64,000 nt of DNA. It comes from Patescibacteria group bacterium. Its GTDB lineage: Bacteria > Patescibacteriota > Patescibacteriia > Patescibacteriales > UBA12465. The notes below the pieces were generated by a model, which saw only the letters and a program-made list of their open reading frames with translations, was not told the DNA's origin and searched no databases. The number at the start of each line of letters is the position of its first letter. Positions within the stretch are counted from its first letter, which is position 1. The DNA lies in NCBI GenBank assembly GCA_041651195.1, contig JBAZJR010000001.1, forward strand, positions 71,601-135,600, given 5' to 3'. Shown one piece after another: positions 38,896-47,128 of this stretch. Made by a program: the position numbers and the translations under genes.

Positions 38896-39567
38896 ATGAG
38901 GACAAACGAGAAGTCTAAAAAAATAGTCTCGCCCAAAACTTTGTATGTTTGGGATCTGGCCGATACCTTATTTAATGATGTCTGGAATAAAGAACGGACT
39001 GGCTTTACTACTTATGCCGATTGGCTGCAGCATAGATTAAACAAGAAGCTCAGTCAGATCAGTGCCTGGGAATACGAAAATAATTATAAGATCCCTTATT
39101 GCGCCGGCTGGTATTTTAATCTGGACATCAAACCGGGCTTTCGGCAGACTTTATCCTGGACTAAGAATAATGAAACTTTCAGTACCGGCAACCAGGCGCA
39201 GATGACCTGGCGCGGCCGATATCTGGATAAGAAATATCATTTTAAATTAAAAAAATATTTTAAGAAATTAAACTCCACTTTTGACTACGGCGACACCAAC
39301 GTGAAAAGCCTGGCGATGTTTGAGGCTTATTTGAAAGGGAAATATAAGGAGGGGTATCGAGCGGTAGTTTATAGCGATAATCAGTTAGGCAATCTTAAAT
39401 TTTTTAAAGCAGCGGTCGACAAATGCCGAAAGATTTTGCCGGATTTAGGACTCCGCCTATACCACGTTTTGAATAATCAGCAGGGAATTAAGGACAAAAA
39501 ATGGTATTTTAGCGTCGGCACCTTATTCGATCTCTTGAAAAATGAAAAAAAAATTAAAAAATATTAA
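38896..39567 (+). CDS. Hypothetical protein, possible divergent HAD-like fold
   Basis: 223 aa. The N-terminal LYVWDLADTLFND resembles HAD motif I but reads D-x-A-D-T. FSTGN is a possible motif II and VVYSDN a possible motif IV. This is a weak, motif-only call. Confidence 0.35.
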   Translation: MRTNEKSKKIVSPKTLYVWDLADTLFNDVWNKERTGFTTYADWLQHRLNKKLSQISAWEYENNYKIPYCAGWYFNLDIKPGFRQTLSWTKNNETFSTGNQAQMTWRGRYLDKKYHFKLKKYFKKLNSTFDYGDTNVKSLAMFEAYLKGKYKEGYRAVVYSDNQLGNLKFFKAAVDKCRKILPDLGLRLYHVLNNQQGIKDKKWYFSVGTLFDLLKNEKKIKKY

Positions 39568-39578
39568 ATCATAAATCT

Positions 39579-41075
39579 ATGTCAGCTGTTGCACATTTCG
39601 GGAAATGGCGGATCAAACCGTCCGGCCAGCTTCCCATCTTCCTCCGTTTCATGATTAACTCTTCCTTCACGGCCGCGACCGCCAAGGCCGCTAAGATCAA
39701 GACGGTCCTCAAGAATCGGACCTATCTCAATCACATGATGTATTGGAAAGCCACGGAGTACAATAAATTTGAGGCGGAAATCATCAACCATCTGAAGAAA
39801 AATGATGGTTGGTTTGAATCTTATTGCCAGAGAGAAATGCGGAAGGCGGAAAAGTTATACCAGAAAGGATCGAAATTCAAGCGGACTGATTGGGCGGCTA
39901 AGAGCGACGAGGAAATCAAGGCCGTCCTGAAAGATCTCTTGGAAGAATATCGCTATATCACTAGTCCCTGGTATGCCCAGTATGCTCTTGATGAATATTT
40001 TGAGCATACGATTGAAGAACAATTGGAAAAATATATCTCTCCGACCGACCCTTTGCTCCGGCACTATGTGCTCATATTCACTGATCCGCAGGCCGCGACG
40101 GAAGTCAGCCAGGAAAGATATGGCCTAACCCTATTGTTACAGAGATTTATTGTCCGGAAAGAAAATCTAGACAAGTTATCCGCAAAAGCGAAAGAAGAGA
40201 TCAATAAACATCTAGATAAATATGCCTATATCAATCGGGGCTTAGCGACCAGTAAGCCATATAGCTTCCAGGATATCATTAATCGCTTGAAGGAGATGAA
40301 GAAACTGATCAAAGATGGCCAGACCGTCAGGAGTATGATTTATAATGCCTCGGCCCAGAAGATCAAAGATGATTATCAAAAAGTCTTGAAACGGGTCAAG
40401 CCGGATAAGAAATTTAAAGAGATAATCATTAAGGCGCGGCGGCACTCCTATATGCGCAATCGGCGCGTCGAAGCTTTCTTCAAGGCTGATTACGGCGCCA
40501 GTTTCATGTATGCGGAGATTGCCCGGCGCAGCCATTTTAATCCCGATTGGATCATGGAAATCACGACCGAGGAAATGTTTGGCGCTCTGAGCGGCAAGAA
40601 ATTGCCAAACATATCGGAGATGAAAAGAAGGTTTGCGAATTACGCGATGGTCGTTCGGAATTCTCAGACCAAGCTGATTTCCGATCCGCGGGAAATAAAG
40701 AAAATGGAAAAACAGTATTTCGTCGATGCGGTGCCGGTGGAAGAAATAATGGGACGCGTCGCCTGTTTGGGGGGCATCATCAAAGGAAAAGCTAAGATTT
40801 GTCTGGATAAGAAAGAAATCAGCAAGGTTAAAAAGGGCGATATCCTGGTTGCCCAGTTTACGACGCCGGATTTCGTGCCGGCCATGGAAAAGGCGGCCGC
40901 GATCATTGCTGACCAGGGCGGCGTTTCCTCACACGCGGCGATCGTTTCTCGGGAATTAGGCGTCCCCTGTGTCATTGATACCAAGAACGCTACGCGGATC
41001 ATTAAAGATAATGATCTCGTGGAAGTTAATGCGAAGACCGGTTTGATTAAAGTCTTGAAAAGATATGGGAAGTAA
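39579..41075 (+). CDS. Swivel phosphohistidine domain protein, paralogue 6 of 10
   Basis: C-terminus: GRVACLGGIIKGKA...GDILVAQFTTPDFVPAMEKAAAIIADQGGVSSHAAIVSRELGVPCVIDT. His codon at 40932-40934. N-terminal motif: DKYAYINRGLAT. Confidence 0.85.
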   Translation: MSAVAHFGKWRIKPSGQLPIFLRFMINSSFTAATAKAAKIKTVLKNRTYLNHMMYWKATEYNKFEAEIINHLKKNDGWFESYCQREMRKAEKLYQKGSKFKRTDWAAKSDEEIKAVLKDLLEEYRYITSPWYAQYALDEYFEHTIEEQLEKYISPTDPLLRHYVLIFTDPQAATEVSQERYGLTLLLQRFIVRKENLDKLSAKAKEEINKHLDKYAYINRGLATSKPYSFQDIINRLKEMKKLIKDGQTVRSMIYNASAQKIKDDYQKVLKRVKPDKKFKEIIIKARRHSYMRNRRVEAFFKADYGASFMYAEIARRSHFNPDWIMEITTEEMFGALSGKKLPNISEMKRRFANYAMVVRNSQTKLISDPREIKKMEKQYFVDAVPVEEIMGRVACLGGIIKGKAKICLDKKEISKVKKGDILVAQFTTPDFVPAMEKAAAIIADQGGVSSHAAIVSRELGVPCVIDTKNATRIIKDNDLVEVNAKTGLIKVLKRYGK

Positions 41076-41676
41076 TAGGATTAAAGCCATTTTTTTCGAT
41101 GTCGCCGACGTACTGGCGGTAGAAAGTTTCACTTTAGGCATCCGGCAGTATGAATACCTGCACCATATCCCCTCCGGCCAACTATACGCCGCTATCCATG
41201 ACCATAGTTATTGGAAAGATTTTTCTTTCGGCCGGATCAGCGAGTCAGAATATCTCCGATCGGTCCAAGCTAATTTTTCCGAGACCCTAGACTTGGCGGA
41301 GTTGAAAGAACTGATTTTGTCTGGGCTGGTCCCAAATAATGAATTGATTGAATTTTTACGTCCCCTGGCCGCTCGTTATACGCTCGGCATAATTTCCAAT
41401 AATCCTCGCGAGTGGTTCGATTATTTCTATGATCAGAATGGATTGAAAGAAATTTTTTCGGTTAAGGCCGTGTCCGGCTATCTGGGCGTGCGGAAACCGG
41501 ACCGGGCCATATTTTCTCGAGCCGTACAGATGGCCGAAGTAACTCCAGCGGAATCAATTTATGTCGATGATCGCGAAGAGATGACGGCGGAAGCCGCCCA
41601 GCTTGGTATTCGGATTATAATTTACAAAGGCTTAGAAGATTTTAAGTTAAATTTTAAAAGATTTAATATAATTTAA
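41065..41676 (+). CDS. HAD-superfamily (subfamily IA-like) hydrolase/phosphatase with atypical motif I
   Basis: Motif I is AIFFDVADVLAVE (D-x-A-D-V in place of D-x-D-x-T/V). Motif II is GIISNN, motif III is GVRKPDRAIF and motif IV is IYVDDRE. It overlaps the end of paralogue 6 by 11 nt. Confidence 0.65.
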   Translation: MGSNRIKAIFFDVADVLAVESFTLGIRQYEYLHHIPSGQLYAAIHDHSYWKDFSFGRISESEYLRSVQANFSETLDLAELKELILSGLVPNNELIEFLRPLAARYTLGIISNNPREWFDYFYDQNGLKEIFSVKAVSGYLGVRKPDRAIFSRAVQMAEVTPAESIYVDDREEMTAEAAQLGIRIIIYKGLEDFKLNFKRFNII

Positions 41677-41681
41677 AAAGT

Positions 41682-42719
41682 ATGATGTCAGAAAAAAATC
41701 ACAATTTATTTCCAGAAAAGAAGAGAGAGAAAGAGATCCCAGCCGTCAGGTACCGAGTTATCCGTCACGAAGAAAGGACCAATACTGGCGAATTAACCGC
41801 GGACGGGATCAAGAATGCCCAACGACAAGGCCAGAGTTTGAAGACTACAGCCGAAGTAGTTAAAGGATATGCCAGTCAGGAAAAGAGTGATCGTGCTTAT
41901 AAGACTGTGGACACGATCAGCGGAGCGTCAGGCATCAAGTCTCCGTTGACCGAAAAAGCTTATGAGACCCGCCGTCGCCCTGGTTTGTTTTATGATCTAG
42001 CCGGCCCATTAATGCCGCGGATAGACGGTTATTCTAAGTTGATTAATGAAGCGGTCAAGAAGGATTATCCTGATTTTGATCCTCAGTCCAGCGATCCGAA
42101 ATGGGGCAAGATTCGAAAAGAATATCAGCCGATTGGGGTTAAGAAACTGATTGTCGATGATCAAGAGCTGTCCCATATCTTTGCTATGGGCGCGGCGCAT
42201 GAATTGGCTGATATGATGAAAATCGGTGAGCGCTATGCCGGTTATCGAGATAGTAAAGCCCAGGCCGGGGAGGGGAAAGGTGTAGAGAGGGATATAGTCA
42301 TGATGGAAGGTACGCACGGCGGATTCTTGGAGAACCTGTTAAAGAAGGCTTTGGTCAGGGTTGATGGTCAAGGGCAGGAGAAGGTCGGGTTTGATACTTT
42401 TACTGATGTTAAAGGCAACCCAGAATTAGAACCAGCTCTTGGCGGGATGTTCAAACCGGGAGAGTCTTTCGATATCGTCGAAAAAATCGGTCAGGAAAAA
42501 TCGTCCCGTTTGCCCGTAGAGTTCGAAGACCCCTCTCGTTTTTCTGGTGAGAAATGTTTTTTGGATCTAGATCGGGTCAAGGCTTTGGACGGGCAGTTTA
42601 GCACCTATTACGAAAAATTCCAAGCTTGGCAGAAAGATAAGGGCCAGGAGGCTGAGCTATTAACTTGTTTAGAAGGATTGCAGGCCGATTTTGCCAAGCA
42701 ATATGAAGGAAGTAAGTAA
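41682..42719 (+). CDS. Histidine-phosphatase (phosphoglycerate-mutase-like) superfamily protein
   Basis: RYRVIRHEERTNTGELTADGIKNAQRQG is an RHG-type motif with the nucleophile His. SDRAYKTVDTI provides the second Arg. MMEGTHGGFLENLL provides the distal His. The family-level call rests on motifs. Confidence 0.6.
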   Translation: MMSEKNHNLFPEKKREKEIPAVRYRVIRHEERTNTGELTADGIKNAQRQGQSLKTTAEVVKGYASQEKSDRAYKTVDTISGASGIKSPLTEKAYETRRRPGLFYDLAGPLMPRIDGYSKLINEAVKKDYPDFDPQSSDPKWGKIRKEYQPIGVKKLIVDDQELSHIFAMGAAHELADMMKIGERYAGYRDSKAQAGEGKGVERDIVMMEGTHGGFLENLLKKALVRVDGQGQEKVGFDTFTDVKGNPELEPALGGMFKPGESFDIVEKIGQEKSSRLPVEFEDPSRFSGEKCFLDLDRVKALDGQFSTYYEKFQAWQKDKGQEAELLTCLEGLQADFAKQYEGSK

Positions 42720-42770
42720 AGCTGCGGATCGTCGAACGATTTTTCGTAGAGCCGCTAGATTAAATAAAAT

Positions 42771-44219
42771 ATGACAGAAATCCAGCAAGATAAATTCTTT
42801 CGCCGGCAGTTTAAGAAGTCATGGCTGACCCAAGGCTTGAATGGCGTCCCCTTGTATCTGAGCACGACGGCGGAGAGCGGCCACCGGTTGAAAAAATACC
42901 TTGGTTTCGATTACGCCCCCTTTCTGTTCTATTATAAAGATAATTATGCCGAGGGCAGTTATGCGGCTGCCGATTTTGTGAAGCTGTGGAAAATAGTTCG
43001 CTCCCGGATCAAGCGCGATAAAGGATACTTAGAGAAAATTCGAGCCAAGTATGATAAGGTGTTTGCCCGTTACGATTTTTGGCTAAAACAGATCAAGAAC
43101 ACTAAATTAGCAGACCAGTCAGACGCCTGGCTGAAAGAAAATCTACAGCAGTCCGGAAACTGTCTAGTCGACGCCATGAATCTTTCGCATGTTATTGAGG
43201 TGATTAGCGCTGGTTTGGAGTCGGACTTGAAAGCGCGGCTGACGGCCAGGTATCAGGAGTTAAAGATCAATAAGATTTTGGCCTCTTTATCTAATGTTTA
43301 TAAGCCATCTTTTATTAATCTGGAAGAAAAAGATCTCCTAAGGATAAAATCCGCTCCGCTCCGCTCCCGGCCGGCTCTCCTGGCCCGGCACAGCAAAAAA
43401 TATTATTGGTTTAATACTAATTATACCGGCTCTAAGTTGGCCGACGAGCAATACTTTCTGAAGCGCCTTAAGAATTTAACCGAGACCTCAACTCCCGTCG
43501 TAGCTGACCCCGCCGATTTTATCAAGCTGGCGGAAGATCAGGCGATCAAGGGAATGATCAAGATGATCGGCCTGACCGCCGACTGGCAGGATCAACGGAA
43601 AGTTAATATCTTCAAAGCTATTTATCACGCGGAGATCTTAGTTAAGGAGTTCAGCCGTCGGACTGGGATGCCTATGGCGGATCTACGTTATGTAGCCGTT
43701 AAAGAGATGCTCGGTTTTACCAAAATTAAAAATTTTAAAAAATTATCAAGAGAATTGGCGGCCAGACGGCAGGGCTGTTTCCAGTGGATGGCTGTCGGCC
43801 GGGAAATAATCGTTGCAGGAGCTTTATTCAGACGATTAGAAAAAAACTATCATTCCATCCGGACGCGAGTTGATTCAGTTCCTCTGTCTATAGAAGGGAC
43901 GACTGCCAATAGCGGCCGGGTGGTCGGCACGGTTGTGGTCTGTAAATCGATAAAAGATTTAACTAAGGTCAGAAAGGGAGATATCTTAGTAACCTCTATG
44001 ACCCGACCAGAATATCTGGCTGGCATCAAGAAGGCCGCCGCTTTGATTACGGATGAAGGCGGCATCACTTGTCATGCCGCTATCGTCTCTCGGGAGTTGC
44101 GCCTGCCCTGTATCATCGGGACTAAGATCGCGACCAAGGCGTTACAGACCGGCGACTTCGTGGAAGTAAACGCCAATCACGGCGTAGTCAAACTCTTAAA
44201 GAATAGTAAGCAAGCTTAG
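42771..44219 (+). CDS. Swivel phosphohistidine domain protein, paralogue 7 of 10
   Basis: C-terminus: GTTANSGRVVGTV...GDILVTSMTRPEYLAGIKKAAALITDEGGITCHAAIVSRELRLPCIIGT. His codon at 44073-44075. N-terminal motifs: KKSWLTQGLNGVPLYLSTTAE, KKYYWFNTNYTG and DWQDQRKV. Confidence 0.85.
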   Translation: MTEIQQDKFFRRQFKKSWLTQGLNGVPLYLSTTAESGHRLKKYLGFDYAPFLFYYKDNYAEGSYAAADFVKLWKIVRSRIKRDKGYLEKIRAKYDKVFARYDFWLKQIKNTKLADQSDAWLKENLQQSGNCLVDAMNLSHVIEVISAGLESDLKARLTARYQELKINKILASLSNVYKPSFINLEEKDLLRIKSAPLRSRPALLARHSKKYYWFNTNYTGSKLADEQYFLKRLKNLTETSTPVVADPADFIKLAEDQAIKGMIKMIGLTADWQDQRKVNIFKAIYHAEILVKEFSRRTGMPMADLRYVAVKEMLGFTKIKNFKKLSRELAARRQGCFQWMAVGREIIVAGALFRRLEKNYHSIRTRVDSVPLSIEGTTANSGRVVGTVVVCKSIKDLTKVRKGDILVTSMTRPEYLAGIKKAAALITDEGGITCHAAIVSRELRLPCIIGTKIATKALQTGDFVEVNANHGVVKLLKNSKQA

Positions 44220-44231
44220 GCTCGATCCAAT

Positions 44232-45665
44232 ATGACTAACAACGATTACCAACTATTTAAACAATATCTAAAGCGCGATTGGTACGTCCAAGGCTTCAGC
44301 GCCGTTCCTCTATTTTTGTCGACCGCCGCTATCAGCGGCACCTTCATGAAAAAATATCTCGGTTTTGGTTACCGGCACTTCTTGTTCAGTTACCATAACG
44401 GTTATGGCGAGATGGCTTATGATCCGGCTGACCTTAAGCATGTCTGGCTGATCGTCAAGAAAAAATTATCGGTCAATCCTGGTTATTTAAAAGAAGTGAA
44501 GGCTCTATATTATCAGAATTTGCGCCGTTTTCAGCCATTTTTACAGAAAGTCCAACATGCTGACCTGACTAGATTAAACGATCGGGAAATAATTAAGTTG
44601 TTTAAAGAATTAATCCGCGCTCAAGTAGATTATGTCGGAGTAGCGCATATTATTGATGCGATTGGCGCCGAATTAGAAAAAGAATTCCAAGACGCTCTCC
44701 ATAAAGAATTGCCGTTGCTTTCTCCGGCTAAGTTCAATGAAGTCTTCGCTCGGCTGATCACCCCATCCAAGATGTCTTTTGTCAGTCAAGAAGAGAAGGA
44801 GCTCTCAGCTATCCCGAGAGGCATTAAGAACGCAGCGGCTCTCCGCCGCCACGCTGCCAAATATTTTTGGCTGCAGAATAGTTATGCTGGTCCGAAGTCA
44901 TTGACTGTTGCTGACTTTCGAGCCAAACTTATTAATTTAAAAAAGGAAAAACAGAGATTTCGAATTGATCAGTGCCAAACTCTACCATATAGATTCAGCC
45001 GCTCCTTGCGGCAGATGGTCGGAATCATCGATTATTGCGCGGTCTGGCAGGACGAAAGAAAAGCGCTCTTATTTCGGAATATCGCTTACGCTGGCCGCGT
45101 GGTCGAGGAAATTGCTCGGCGTTTAGATTCTGACGTGACGGATTTCTATTATATCAGCCTGACTGAAGTCGAACGGCTAGAATCAATCCAGGATTTGCAG
45201 TCCAAGATAAAGACGTTAAAAGAGCGCCGTAGCGGCTGCTTGGTCATCATCCAAGGGAAAACCGATAAGGTGCTAGCCGGCGTCGGTTATCGCCGCTTGA
45301 TGAAAGCCGGCCATAGCCTATTGAAAGATAAGGGGCAAGAAGGCCGAGATATCCATGGCACCGTGGCTAATGTCGGTACGGCGCGCGGCCGCGTCCGTAT
45401 CATCAGGAACATGGAATCCTTGAAAAAATTCCAAAGCGGGGATGTCCTGATCGCTTCTATGACCCGGCCGGAGTATATGGCGGCAATCAAGAAGGCGGCC
45501 GCGATCATTACGGACGAAGGCGGCCTAACTTGTCACGCGGCGATCATCGCTCGGGAACTTGATATCCCGACTATTATCGGCACGAAGATAGCCACCCGGG
45601 TCTTGAAAGACGGTGATTTGGTAGAGGTCCGGGCTAACCATGGGATCGTTAGGATTTTAAATTAG
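44232..45665 (+). CDS. Swivel phosphohistidine domain protein, paralogue 8 of 10 (closest to paralogue 7)
   Basis: C-terminus: GTVANVGTARGRV...GDVLIASMTRPEYMAAIKKAAAIITDEGGLTCHAAIIARELDIPTIIGT. His codon at 45534-45536. N-terminal motifs: KRDWYVQGFSAVPLFLSTAAI, AKYFWLQNSYAG and VWQDERKA. Confidence 0.85.
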   Translation: MTNNDYQLFKQYLKRDWYVQGFSAVPLFLSTAAISGTFMKKYLGFGYRHFLFSYHNGYGEMAYDPADLKHVWLIVKKKLSVNPGYLKEVKALYYQNLRRFQPFLQKVQHADLTRLNDREIIKLFKELIRAQVDYVGVAHIIDAIGAELEKEFQDALHKELPLLSPAKFNEVFARLITPSKMSFVSQEEKELSAIPRGIKNAAALRRHAAKYFWLQNSYAGPKSLTVADFRAKLINLKKEKQRFRIDQCQTLPYRFSRSLRQMVGIIDYCAVWQDERKALLFRNIAYAGRVVEEIARRLDSDVTDFYYISLTEVERLESIQDLQSKIKTLKERRSGCLVIIQGKTDKVLAGVGYRRLMKAGHSLLKDKGQEGRDIHGTVANVGTARGRVRIIRNMESLKKFQSGDVLIASMTRPEYMAAIKKAAAIITDEGGLTCHAAIIARELDIPTIIGTKIATRVLKDGDLVEVRANHGIVRILN

Positions 45666-45675
45666 TATCTTATAT

Positions 45676-47121
45676 ATGCCAGGTAAATTTAATCCCATCA
45701 TCTCGCCATCCGCCAAATTTTCTTTCGCCGACTGTTTAAAGAGCCTGCGGACTGAAAAGGAGTGGATTATTCAAGAGGCACCAGCGGCGCCTTGGTATTG
45801 GTGGCTCTCTTCCACAGCCTGGATCCAAGGCTTGGCTCAAGCCGGTTATTCGCCGGGAAATTTTGCTACTTACTGTGTCGGCGAAGTCGGCACTTTAGTC
45901 GTTAATCGTATAATTTTTTTAAGATTAGCCAAAAAATTAATAAAAAAAGAATTGGCTGGCCAGTCGGTTATAAGAAGATGGTTAGCGGAGTGGCAGGCGA
46001 TCGATAAACGATATAATATCCTGGTCAGCCGGATCCTTAATACGAAATTAGATGGTTTACCAGAGAAAAAATTTTTACAACTTTTTGAAAATTTTTGTGC
46101 CCTTTATTTTGCCGTCGAATCTTTACCGCTCGCTAATGAGTTCCTTATCCCTTACTCCGACGAATTATTGGGACGCCTGCATGTCCAATATCCGGACCAG
46201 ACCGAAACTCTGGCTCGTCTCATTGCGCCGTGCCAAAGATCTTTTATCCAGATCGAAGAAGACGAATTAAAACAGATCGCCCGGCTTGCCGGTCAGAAAA
46301 GGGAAGAAGCCCTGACCCGGCATTTAAAAAAATGGCTTTTTATCAATGGCGGTTACGACGGCCCCCATTCCGTGACCAGATGGCAATTGCAAACTAAGTT
46401 AAAAAAGATAAAAAATCATCAAGCAGCCAAGCCGACCAAGATCGGTTCGGTATCTTTCTTGGATCAAGAAACTAAGATCATATTGCGGCTGATCAGCCTA
46501 GTCTCCGGCTGGAAAGATCAAAGGAAGAGGAATAATATGATCGGCTCGGTCGTTTTGGATCATTTTGCTAGGAGTTTTTCCTCTCGTTACCAGATTGATT
46601 ATGATTTAATTCGATATGCCGTCCCGGGAGAATATCGCTTATTAGCCAAAGCTGATAAAAAGTTCTTAAAGATCCTGAGACAGAGGATCAAGGGCGGTAC
46701 GGCCTGGGCGATCAGCGGGAAGCGATATTCCGGTATATTTTCTGAGATTGAATATCGCCAGTTGAGAAGAGTAATCGGTGCCATGAAGAAGCCGCAGACA
46801 ATGCTAAAAGGGTTGGCCGCCAGCCCGGGGCGGGTCCGTGGCTGGATCAGGGTTATCCATAATCCGGCGCGGGAAAAATTTGCGGCTGGTAGTATCCTTT
46901 TGACTTCGATGACCCGGCCAGAATTTGTCCCCTTGATCAAGAAAGCTAAAGCCGTCCTCTGCGATGAAGGCGGGTTATTATCCCACGCGGCCATCGTCAG
47001 CCGCGAATTCAAAATCCCTTGCATCGTCGGCCTACACCAGGCCATGGCCAGTCTGCGAGACGGAGATTGGGTGGAAGTGGACGCTAATCATGGCCTGGTT
47101 AAGATTTTAAAACATAATTGA
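45676..47121 (+). CDS. Swivel phosphohistidine domain protein, paralogue 9 of 10
   Basis: C-terminus: GLAASPGRVRGWI...GSILLTSMTRPEFVPLIKKAKAVLCDEGGLLSHAAIVSREFKIPCIVGL. His codon at 46984-46986. N-terminal motifs: EKEWIIQ, KKWLFINGGYDG and GWKDQRKR. Confidence 0.85.
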   Translation: MPGKFNPIISPSAKFSFADCLKSLRTEKEWIIQEAPAAPWYWWLSSTAWIQGLAQAGYSPGNFATYCVGEVGTLVVNRIIFLRLAKKLIKKELAGQSVIRRWLAEWQAIDKRYNILVSRILNTKLDGLPEKKFLQLFENFCALYFAVESLPLANEFLIPYSDELLGRLHVQYPDQTETLARLIAPCQRSFIQIEEDELKQIARLAGQKREEALTRHLKKWLFINGGYDGPHSVTRWQLQTKLKKIKNHQAAKPTKIGSVSFLDQETKIILRLISLVSGWKDQRKRNNMIGSVVLDHFARSFSSRYQIDYDLIRYAVPGEYRLLAKADKKFLKILRQRIKGGTAWAISGKRYSGIFSEIEYRQLRRVIGAMKKPQTMLKGLAASPGRVRGWIRVIHNPAREKFAAGSILLTSMTRPEFVPLIKKAKAVLCDEGGLLSHAAIVSREFKIPCIVGLHQAMASLRDGDWVEVDANHGLVKILKHN

Positions 47122-47128
47122 TAATATT

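Noticed and set aside
46599-47045. 148-aa minus-strand ORF, and similar 60-112-aa antisense ORFs over each swivel domain (e.g. 40664-41002, 43850-44068, 45287-45508)
   Set aside because: They recur antisense to the conserved swivel-domain coding block in several paralogues. This is a codon-bias artefact of the conserved plus-strand sequence.
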